DNA of 25,098 nucleotides from Promethearchaeota archaeon (GTDB lineage Archaea > Asgardarchaeota > Lokiarchaeia > Sigyniarchaeales > SOKP01), in the NCBI GenBank assembly GCA_048940925.1, contig JBHLOC010000058.1:1-25098 (forward strand). The letters run 5' to 3'. The notes under the pieces are model-generated. The model saw nothing but the letters and a program-made list of their open reading frames with translations, had not been told where the DNA came from and made no database searches. The translations under genes and the position numbers were made by a program. This document shows, piece by piece, positions 8,534-16,478 of this stretch (position 1 is the first letter of the stretch; every line of letters begins with the position of its first letter).

Positions 8534-10438
8534 ATGGAAGGAGAAAGACTTTCGTATCATAAATCAGTTCAGAAAGTATATGAAAGAATAAAAAAAGATG
8601 GCATGATTAATATATGGGATCGCTTTGAAGCCCAGGGGTTTGGAGGAATCCCCGATAAACGATGTCCTTTTTGTTTAAAGGGTGCGCGCTGTGATTTATG
8701 TTCAAATGGACCTTGTAGGGCAGATTCTTCTATTGATAAGAGGGGGGTATGTGGAATTACTGCTGATGGTATGGCTATGCGAATGATGCTCCTTAGAAAT
8801 GTATTGGGTGCCTCTACATATCATTATCATACTGAGACAACTCTAAAGACATTAAAAGCAACTATCGAAGGTAAAACCCCTTTTAAGATCTCAGAATCTG
8901 GAAAACTTAAAAGTTTTGCTGAACGACTTGGATTAGATACATCGGGATCAGATGAGGAAATAGCTTTACGATTGTATAACTTTGTTAAAGAAGATTTAAA
9001 TAGACCTTATGATGAATCGAGTAAAATTGTAGCAAAATTAGCACCTCCAGAAAGACAAGATGTTTGGAAAAAATTAGGTATTTTTCCAGGTGGGCTTTAT
9101 GGAGAGATGATGTTATCAACTAGCTCATGTCTTACTAATGTTGATGGATACTATGTTAGTTTAGCTTTAAAGGCCATGAGGTTAGGTATTGCTATGGCAT
9201 ATCAAAGTCAAATTGTTAATGAATTTACTCAAGATATCTTGTTTAATGTTCCTAAACCTCATAAGATGAGAGTTAATTTAGGTGTACTGAACCCTGATTA
9301 TGTCAATGTGCTTCCAAATGGTCATGAACCATTCTTAGGATTTGCAATGGTTCAATTAGCAAGAAAACCAGAGTGGCAGGAAAAAGCTAAATCCGTAGGT
9401 GCTAAAGGGTTAAGAGTAATTGCTAATATTGAAACTGGACAAGAGATGATACAGAGATGGGAGATGGATGATGTTTTTTATGGTTTTACAGGAAATTGGA
9501 TAATGCAAGAGGCAATTTTGGCGAGCGGGTGTATTGATGCTTTTGTTTGTGATATGAACTGCTCAATGCCTGTTGATCCGATTTATGCTGAAAAGTACAA
9601 ATTTAAATTAATACCAGTATCCGAGGTTGTTGCATTTGAAGGGATAACAGAACGACTAGATTACATCCCAGAAGAAGCAGAGGAGCAAGCAGCAAGATTA
9701 CTCCAAATGGGGATTGATAATTTTAAAGAACGACACGAAAGTGTGAAACCAGTTATAGGATTAGATATGAATGAAGCAGTAGTAGGTTTTTCAAGCGAAA
9801 GTATTCTTGCGGCTCTGGGTGGTACTCTCAATCCTTTACTCGATTTAATTAAGGATGGTAAAATTCGAGGAGTAGCAGGATTAGTTTCATGCACGACCTT
9901 AAGGGATTTTGGTCAAGATGTTCACACAATAGAAGTTGCAAAAGAATTAATTAAAAGAGATGTGCTTGTGCTTTCAATGGGATGTGGTAATGGGGGATTA
10001 CAAGTAGCGGGATTATGTTCTCCAGAAGCAAAAGATCTTGCAGGTCCAGGACTTAAGGCTGTATGCGAAAGACTTGGAATCCCGCCCGTTCTTAGCTATG
10101 GTACTTGCACAGATACTGGAAGAATTGCAGATTTGGTAGGAGCAATTTCTGCAGCATTAGGTGGTGTTGCTATTCCCGATTTGCCTGTTGTTGCTGTAGC
10201 GTCCGAATATATGGAACAGAAGGCCACAATTGATGGTGTATTCGCTTTAGCCTTCGGATTATATACATATGTTAACCCTGTGCTTACAATAACTGGTGGA
10301 AAAGATTTAATGAGACTACTAACTGAAGATCTGAAAAGTTTAACAGGGGGTATTTTACACATGGAAACTGGTACAGAAGAAGCCGTTAATGCCATGTTAA
10401 ACCATATTGAAGCAAACCGAAAAAAATTAGGTATTTAA
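8534..10438 (+). CDS. cooS: Anaerobic carbon-monoxide dehydrogenase catalytic subunit family protein, divergent CooS-V/hybrid-cluster-like type
   Basis: D/B-cluster Cys motif CPFC..RCDLCSNGPC..GVCG; C-cluster positions GHEP, NIETGQE (Glu in place of Cys), DMNC, VSCTT, MGCG, GTCTD and EYMEQKA. Confidence 0.92.
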   Translation: MEGERLSYHKSVQKVYERIKKDGMINIWDRFEAQGFGGIPDKRCPFCLKGARCDLCSNGPCRADSSIDKRGVCGITADGMAMRMMLLRNVLGASTYHYHTETTLKTLKATIEGKTPFKISESGKLKSFAERLGLDTSGSDEEIALRLYNFVKEDLNRPYDESSKIVAKLAPPERQDVWKKLGIFPGGLYGEMMLSTSSCLTNVDGYYVSLALKAMRLGIAMAYQSQIVNEFTQDILFNVPKPHKMRVNLGVLNPDYVNVLPNGHEPFLGFAMVQLARKPEWQEKAKSVGAKGLRVIANIETGQEMIQRWEMDDVFYGFTGNWIMQEAILASGCIDAFVCDMNCSMPVDPIYAEKYKFKLIPVSEVVAFEGITERLDYIPEEAEEQAARLLQMGIDNFKERHESVKPVIGLDMNEAVVGFSSESILAALGGTLNPLLDLIKDGKIRGVAGLVSCTTLRDFGQDVHTIEVAKELIKRDVLVLSMGCGNGGLQVAGLCSPEAKDLAGPGLKAVCERLGIPPVLSYGTCTDTGRIADLVGAISAALGGVAIPDLPVVAVASEYMEQKATIDGVFALAFGLYTYVNPVLTITGGKDLMRLLTEDLKSLTGGILHMETGTEEAVNAMLNHIEANRKKLGI

Positions 10439-10454
10439 TTTTATTTTATTTTTT
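10439..10454 (+). terminator. T-rich terminator candidate after cooS
   Basis: TTTTATTTTATTTTTT immediately after the TAA. Confidence 0.4.
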
Positions 10455-10648
10455 AAAATTCCTTAACTAAGTTAGCATAAGGATAGAATCTCTATATATT
10501 CTAGAATTTCATTATTTTATTTAGTTTACAGAGTTGGGGATTTATCTTCTTTAGGAACAATATTTAAATATAAAATAGAGTCTTAATATTTTTAAATTAA
10601 GTTTAAATACAGTTTAAAAATAGAATATTAATAAAAAGTGATTACAGG

Positions 10649-11290
10649 ATGACACAAAAAAATCAAATTAGTATTAAGACCATTGTTTTTGATTTAGGAG
10701 GCGTGTATTTTACCTCAGGATCTTATTTAGCAATTGAAAAAATTAAAGAAATTTATGATATTGAAGATAAAAGTCTTTTAGAAGAGATATTTAGTGATAT
10801 ACCTAATTCAGAGGGAAATCTAATAAGACGAGGTTTAATTACAATAGGGGAGTTTGAAGAGCGATTATTTTCTAAAATGAATATCCAAAACAAAGAAAAA
10901 GATCATACACGATATATTTGGTTTGGTTCTTATTGCTTACATTATGGGATAGAACAAATAATAAAGGAATTGAGGAAAAATCATAGACTAGTCATTTTCA
11001 GTGGGAATATTAGAGAAAGAGTGGAATATCTCGATAAAAAATGTGAATTTTTACAATATTTTGATGATACTGTGTTTAGTTACGACTATCATTCAAATAA
11101 AGATGATCTTGAATTTTATAAGGAGTTGATAAAACATATTGATTGTGATCCATCAGAGGCTATTTTAATTGATGATGAGAAAAAAAACGTTCAACTGGCA
11201 AGATCTCTTGGTTTCAATGGGATTCATTTTTACTACACTGAAAAACTAGTAAAAGATCTTAAAAAATTTAATATTAACTTAGATATTTAG
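10649..11290 (+). CDS. HAD-superfamily hydrolase (YihX-like subfamily IA)
   Basis: Motif I IVFDLGGV, motif II FSGN, Lys in SNKDD and motif IV ILIDD..KNVQLARSLG. Confidence 0.88.
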   Translation: MTQKNQISIKTIVFDLGGVYFTSGSYLAIEKIKEIYDIEDKSLLEEIFSDIPNSEGNLIRRGLITIGEFEERLFSKMNIQNKEKDHTRYIWFGSYCLHYGIEQIIKELRKNHRLVIFSGNIRERVEYLDKKCEFLQYFDDTVFSYDYHSNKDDLEFYKELIKHIDCDPSEAILIDDEKKNVQLARSLGFNGIHFYYTEKLVKDLKKFNINLDI

Positions 11291-11347
11291 CTTTAGAATA
11301 GATCAAATTAAATACAATTAAGCTTGTATTAAATTGTCCATTATTTT

Positions 11348-12649
11348 TCAATAAAGGCTCTTAAAATTGTTTTTATAATTTTGATTAAGATAATCGCGAA
11401 AATCGGGGTGCGCAATTGAAATTAAAGCTTTTGCTCGTTGGCGAACAGTTTTACCTCGTAGGTTGATGATCCCATATTCGGTAATTATATAGTGAACATC
11501 GTTACGAGAAGTTGTTACGCACGCTCCTTCATTTAATAATGGAACAATTCTTGAAACTGTGCCATTTTTACTTGTTGAGGGAAATGCTATAATCGACTTT
11601 CCTCCAGGAGATAAGCTTGAAGCGCGAACGAAATCAACTTGTCCACCTACACCTGAAAATTGCTGATATCCAATCGTGTCTGAACAGACTTGACCTAATA
11701 AATCTACTTGGATTGCGGAATTAATAGAAACTAAGTTATTTACCTGCCCAGCGATCATGACATTATTAGTATAATCCACTGGATGCATAATAACATTTGG
11801 ATTGTCATCTACAAAATCATAGAGACGTCTGGTGCCCATAAGAAAAGTAGCAGTAAATTTGCCAGGATTTAAATTATTATATTTATTTGTAATGACTCCT
11901 TGATGGTAAAGATCTACAACACCATCAGAAAACATTTCAGTATGAATACCTAAATCCTTCTTTTCAGATAAAAATGATAAGGCCGCATCAGGGATAGCGC
12001 CTATACCTAATTGAAGATTTGCTTTATCAGGGATTAAGGAAGCGATATAATGTCCAATGCGAGCTTCTACACTTGAAATTTCAGGTGGTACTATTTCTAA
12101 TAATGGTCTATCTGTCTCAACTAAATAATCTATTGCAGAGACATGAATTTGAGAACCCCAAGTTCTGGGCATTTGTTTATTTACTTCAGCTATAACTATT
12201 TTCGCAGATTGAGCTGCTTGCATTGTGTAATCAACAGAAATACCAAAACTTAGATAACCATCTTCATTAGGTGGTGATAATTGAATTAAAGCTACATCTA
12301 CAGGTAAGATTTCATCTCTAAAGAGTCTTGGAATTTCAGAAAAAAATACTGGAGTATATTCGGATCGACCTTCACTAATTCCTTTACGGGTTCCTGCACC
12401 AGCAAATAGAGAATTGTGATGAAAGTGATTTTCCATCCCTGGTAAACAGTATTTACATTCTCGTAAGGGTACCATATGAACAATGTCTACATCTTGAAGT
12501 CTATCAGTTTGGTTTACAAGCTCATCAACTAAAATTATCGGTTCTCCGGCGGCATGTCCAAATACTACCCTATTTCCAGAATTTACACATAGTAGTGCCT
12601 CTTCTTTAGTCCTAGTTTTCTTCTTATATTCATCTTTCCAATTTTTCAT
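11348..12649 (-). CDS. Acetyl-CoA hydrolase/transferase family, 4-hydroxybutyrate CoA-transferase (Cat2/AbfT)-like
   Basis: PVDVALIQLSPP, LQLGIGAIP, GIHTEMF (catalytic Glu), SGVGGQVDF and TEYG..LRGK..RA..LI.IAHPDFR. ATG at 12649 (MKNWKDEY) fits the usual N-terminus; an in-frame GTG is at 12667. Confidence 0.92.
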   Translation of the reverse strand: MKNWKDEYKKKTRTKEEALLCVNSGNRVVFGHAAGEPIILVDELVNQTDRLQDVDIVHMVPLRECKYCLPGMENHFHHNSLFAGAGTRKGISEGRSEYTPVFFSEIPRLFRDEILPVDVALIQLSPPNEDGYLSFGISVDYTMQAAQSAKIVIAEVNKQMPRTWGSQIHVSAIDYLVETDRPLLEIVPPEISSVEARIGHYIASLIPDKANLQLGIGAIPDAALSFLSEKKDLGIHTEMFSDGVVDLYHQGVITNKYNNLNPGKFTATFLMGTRRLYDFVDDNPNVIMHPVDYTNNVMIAGQVNNLVSINSAIQVDLLGQVCSDTIGYQQFSGVGGQVDFVRASSLSPGGKSIIAFPSTSKNGTVSRIVPLLNEGACVTTSRNDVHYIITEYGIINLRGKTVRQRAKALISIAHPDFRDYLNQNYKNNFKSLY

Positions 12650-12682
12650 AGATTGTCTCTTATTCACATGATTCTTTTTATT

Positions 12683-13156
12683 TCACCAATAGTGAGGATC
12701 GAAATATTTTATGTATTTTTGTAGCCAATTGCTAAGAGCATATCTTGTGTAATCTTCAGTTATTTCTTCTCCAGGGTGAATGTCTCTTTTAGTTATCGCA
12801 TTTAATGCGTGTTCATCATCAGTTCCAGTATTCGGATTAATCGAATGATTTACAAATCGTGAATCATCCAAGCAAAAAATTAGAGCATCAAGAATCTCAT
12901 CATAATAGGAATATGTAAGCAAGCAGTGCATAAAATTATTCATGAGTAATGTTTTATTGGAAGCATCAAGGGTAATAAATTGTTCTTTTGTAATAATTAT
13001 AACATCTTGTGGACGTGCATACCACCACACAGCACCCTTTGGAATATATATTTTAGCAAATAACCCTAAACCATGTATTTTACTTGGTCCCACTTCTGTA
13101 TACTTCTCAATCGGATTAATTGATGATTCATTATATGGAATTTTAATTGTCTTCAT
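12683..13156 (-). CDS. SET-domain protein (putative protein-lysine N-methyltransferase)
   Basis: SET motifs SKIHGLGLFAKIYIPKG, RFVNHSINPN and RDIHPGEEITEDY; no Cys-rich post-SET region. Confidence 0.92.
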   Translation of the reverse strand: MKTIKIPYNESSINPIEKYTEVGPSKIHGLGLFAKIYIPKGAVWWYARPQDVIIITKEQFITLDASNKTLLMNNFMHCLLTYSYYDEILDALIFCLDDSRFVNHSINPNTGTDDEHALNAITKRDIHPGEEITEDYTRYALSNWLQKYIKYFDPHYW

Positions 13157-13373
13157 TGTTTGTATGTTTATTTATAACATTATTTAAGTTTTGAAGTAAG
13201 ATTGGCTTTAAAATTATTATCTTTTTAATTTATTGCAATGTTTTTGGTAATATTAATTATTTATAAAAAACCTAGTACAACAGTAAGTTTTATTTATGCA
13301 AAGCGTTTAATTCATCCTACCATGCTTTAAATTAAATCCTAATTAATAAAGAAAATGTAAAGGTGTGAGATTA

Positions 13374-13907
13374 ATGGGAAAATCATCAGGAGTAGTAGTT
13401 GCTATTTTAGGTTTATTAATTGGAATAGGAGGATTAGGTTTTGGAGTTTATTCCTATTTTACATTTAGTGGTAAAATTGCAAATCTCAATGAACAAATGG
13501 ATGGCAAAATAGTGAAAGGGATGTGGTATGCTGAGAGTTTAACAGATTGGACACCATCTGCCATAAATACTAATGAATCGATTACAGGTCTGACAATAAA
13601 CTTTGTGTTAAATGAAGGTGAATCAGTTTATTTTTCATTTATATCTAGGGCGATTATTTATGCGTATTCTGGGCAAACTTATATGCGTTTTACATTTCGT
13701 ATCGACGGAATAATTTTAGATGCACCTTTTACCGTAGCGGGGGGTTATGGCATAGATGAAACCTTTTTATATATTCCTGTAGCTCTTCAATATTCAACAG
13801 ATATATTAGCAGCAGGAAATCATACAGTTTCTGTTATTGCTTTGAAAAGTTATGCCTTGAATTTCATTCGCCATAGTACTTTAATAGTTCAAACTTATGT
13901 CTTCTAA
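13374..13907 (+). CDS. Hypothetical membrane-anchored exported protein with a beta-rich C-terminal domain
   Basis: Gly-rich N-terminal TM (VVVAILGLLIGIGGLGFGVY), short coiled linker and alternating beta pattern; AGGTG RBS upstream of ATG 13374. Confidence 0.7.
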   Translation: MGKSSGVVVAILGLLIGIGGLGFGVYSYFTFSGKIANLNEQMDGKIVKGMWYAESLTDWTPSAINTNESITGLTINFVLNEGESVYFSFISRAIIYAYSGQTYMRFTFRIDGIILDAPFTVAGGYGIDETFLYIPVALQYSTDILAAGNHTVSVIALKSYALNFIRHSTLIVQTYVF

Positions 13908-14071
13908 ACCTAGATACTTTTCTATTTTTATAATTCATCTCAAGTTCCAAGAAGGCAAGATCTAATAAGTGGGAAGATTATCAAAAATATTAAATCAATT
14001 TGAATTAGATTAGCCTTTCTTTTGAAAATTTTTTATAGGAGTTCAATTAAAATTGTTATAGTTAAAGCCTG

Positions 14072-14164
14072 GAAGAAAAGAATTTAGAAAAGAGATTTGG
14101 TAATGTCTACCTCGAATATAAATATAAGGTATCAATGATTATCCCCTTGCCTTCTAAAAAATGA
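14072..14164 (+). pseudogene. 3' remnant of an ICMT/PEMT-family methyltransferase gene
   Basis: Manual translation EEKNLEKRFGNVYLEYKYKVSMIIPLPSKK* matches the C-terminal motif of the intact paralogs at 420-917 and 2479-3090; in-frame TAA at 14063-14065 just upstream and no start codon. Confidence 0.7.
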
Positions 14165-14394
14165 GAATAGGAGATCTCAATTGATTAAATATTATGCTCC
14201 AGAAATTAATTCTCACCTAATATTAGTAAAGATCACTTACAATATATCTCTACTATAAAATTCTCTAAGATAAATTTATTATAATATTATTTCCATTTAA
14301 ATCATAAGTTAAAGAAGGATTAATGGAAAAAGGAAAATATTAAAAATATATATACATAACGATACTATAACTGGTTAAATATAAGAGTAGAAAA

Positions 14395-14793
14395 ATGTCA
14401 GAAGAAGAGATAAGGGATCATATTAATAAAATCGCACAGGAAATAATGAAAATAGAAGAAGCAGCGAAAAAGAAAGAAGAATATATCAAAAAGAGAATTA
14501 ATGAAGAATACGACATTCAGATTGATAAATTTGAGGCAGAATTAGAAGTTGTAATAGGAAATTTTAATGATATTGTGAAAAGAATCGAAGAATTGGATGT
14601 TAAGAGAAAAGAATTAATTAATATGGGAAGAGATTTAAGGAAAAAAATCGCTACTTTGAAAAAAAGAAAGAAGACATATACAGTCAAAGAATGTAAAGCA
14701 ATTGAGAATGAAAAAAATACTAAAAAGAAAGCAATTAACAAAGAAATTAAACAGTTTGAAAAAGAATTGAATACGCTTGAGGGCAAAAAATAA
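14395..14793 (+). CDS. Hypothetical all-coiled-coil protein
   Basis: 132 aa, Lys/Glu/Ile-rich heptads, no Pro; acidic first half and basic second half. Confidence 0.75.
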   Translation: MSEEEIRDHINKIAQEIMKIEEAAKKKEEYIKKRINEEYDIQIDKFEAELEVVIGNFNDIVKRIEELDVKRKELINMGRDLRKKIATLKKRKKTYTVKECKAIENEKNTKKKAINKEIKQFEKELNTLEGKK

Positions 14794-14886
14794 GTAAGAA
14801 ATAATTATTGTTTCTTTTATTTTTACAGAACTTACTACTATATATAGTTCTAAGCTTTAAAAAAAATAAAAAGAAGATATTTTCTT

Positions 14887-15372
14887 CTATACTGATTTTT
14901 TCATATCAAACCATTTTCCACCATTTAGTTCTTCTAAGAAATAATCCCTGTCATCTTTTTTCTTAATTTTATTACCAGCTTCTTCTGCTAATTTAAAATA
15001 TTTTTCAAAATCTTCTTTTTTTCCTGATAAAGCTGATGCTCTTGCCATAGCTTCATAAGCGAATGCAAGATCGAAATCATCTATCTTATGCTTCCTTGTC
15101 AAGTCTAAACAAAGTTTTGCATGATGTAATGCGGGTTCTCCTCTTTCAAGTATTGTATAAACGCGAGTAATTTGCCATTCACCTCGCTGAAGGTTAAGAG
15201 GTGTTCCTTTTTCATTAGCAACTAATATTCCCCAATGATATCTCGAAGTATGAGCAGCATGAACCATTTCATTGTTATCGTCAGCAGTTCTATCTTTTTT
15301 GTCTATAAGATCCCAAGTCCTATTAAAGCTATTTTTCGCAAACTTTTCATGCCATTTGATATCTTCAGACAT
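14887..15372 (-). CDS. Conserved hypothetical alpha-helical (TPR-like) protein
   Basis: Motif-like segments FNRTWDLIDK, AAHTSRYHW, RGEWQITRVY and DFDLAFAYEAMARA; ATG at 15372 (MSEDIKWHEKF) preferred. Confidence 0.75.
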   Translation of the reverse strand: MSEDIKWHEKFAKNSFNRTWDLIDKKDRTADDNNEMVHAAHTSRYHWGILVANEKGTPLNLQRGEWQITRVYTILERGEPALHHAKLCLDLTRKHKIDDFDLAFAYEAMARASALSGKKEDFEKYFKLAEEAGNKIKKKDDRDYFLEELNGGKWFDMKKSV

Positions 15373-15681
15373 TATAATCCCTAAGATGTTATTTTTTTTT
15401 AATTTGTAGGATGTCATCATAGTTCAAATATCTGTTTTTTATAAATTGAAAATTTTTATAAAAAAATGATTAAAGGAAGAAACCTGATTTTAGAATTCAT
15501 TTTTGAACTATAAAATTCATTGCGAAATCATTGATTTTTTTCATGTTTGCTTAAAAATTGAAGTAGAAAAAGAGAAAATAAAACTTTATTAATTCTTAAA
15601 TTGAATTTAAATTCAACAAAAAATAATTGATAAATTAAAGAAATTTAATTAAAAGCAATAAATCGGAAGATATTGATTAAA

Positions 15682-15840
15682 ATGGAAGAATTTGAAAAAA
15701 AACCTAAATATGCTCCTCAAGAGGAGATTTATAAAGCAATTGGTAAAGTACTTTGGGGTAAAGATGGTAAAGTATTTTCAATGAGACGTTTGATATTGGC
15801 TTATATGAAAAAAAAATTTAGAGGTAGGAAGAAGAAATGA
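15682..15840 (+). CDS. Small basic protein (52 aa), absent from the ORF track
   Basis: MEEFEKKPKYAPQEEIYKAIGKVLWGKDGKVFSMRRLILAYMKKKFRGRKKK*; its TGA overlaps the corrinoid-protein ATG (ATGA, 15837-15840). Confidence 0.65.
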   Translation: MEEFEKKPKYAPQEEIYKAIGKVLWGKDGKVFSMRRLILAYMKKKFRGRKKK

Positions 15841-16475
15841 GCGATGAATTAATTCACGCAATGGTAGAGTTGGACGAATCAAAAACTTATGAATTGGTAA
15901 GAGAACTAGTAGAAAAGGGAACTGATGCAAAGAAAATAATTGAAATCTTAAGGAAGGGGGTTGATATAATTGGGGATAAATTTAATAAAAAGGAATATTT
16001 TTTAACAGAATTAGTCATGGCAGGTGAAATATTTCAGCAATCTGCTTCAATACTTGAGCCGTATCTAATGGATGAAGCTTCTACTGAAAAAAGTGCGGGT
16101 GTAGTTGTTGTGGGGACAGTTAAAGGAGATGTCCATGATATAGGTAAAAATATTTTTGTTACTTTATTAAAAGCTGCTGGTTATGAGGTTTATGATTTAG
16201 GTGTGGATATCAGCGCCGAGCAATTTGTAAAAAAAGTGAAAGAGAAAAAAGCTCAAGTTGTAGGATATTCAGGTTTACTTACTATTGCTCTTGAAGCTAT
16301 GAAAGATACAACTGAAGCTTTGATTAAAGAAGGACTAAGAGATAAAGTAAAGATCATTATTGGAGGTTTACCCGCAGATGAGTTGTGGATGAGAGAAGCA
16401 GGAGCTGATGCTTTTACTGATAATGCTTTTGAAGGACTTAAAATAGTGAACAAATGGTTAAAAGGAGGTAATTAA
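15837..16475 (+). CDS. Corrinoid (B12-binding) methyl-carrier protein, MtbC/MtaC-like
   Basis: N-terminal cap domain (EYFLTELVMAGEIF) plus GTVKGDVHDIGKNI (DxHxxG), DLGVD, YSGLLT and IIIGG. Confidence 0.95.
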   Translation: MSDELIHAMVELDESKTYELVRELVEKGTDAKKIIEILRKGVDIIGDKFNKKEYFLTELVMAGEIFQQSASILEPYLMDEASTEKSAGVVVVGTVKGDVHDIGKNIFVTLLKAAGYEVYDLGVDISAEQFVKKVKEKKAQVVGYSGLLTIALEAMKDTTEALIKEGLRDKVKIIIGGLPADELWMREAGADAFTDNAFEGLKIVNKWLKGGN

Positions 16476-16478
16476 ACA

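Noticed and set aside
8534-10438. Evidence for a Wood-Ljungdahl CODH/ACS complex or carboxydotrophy
   Set aside because: No acs/cdh/cooC neighbours, and the C-cluster ligand and catalytic His substitutions argue against CO chemistry.
14395-14793. ESCRT-III/Snf7 or PspA identity for the coiled-coil protein
   Set aside because: Too short, charge polarity reversed and no recognisable family motif.
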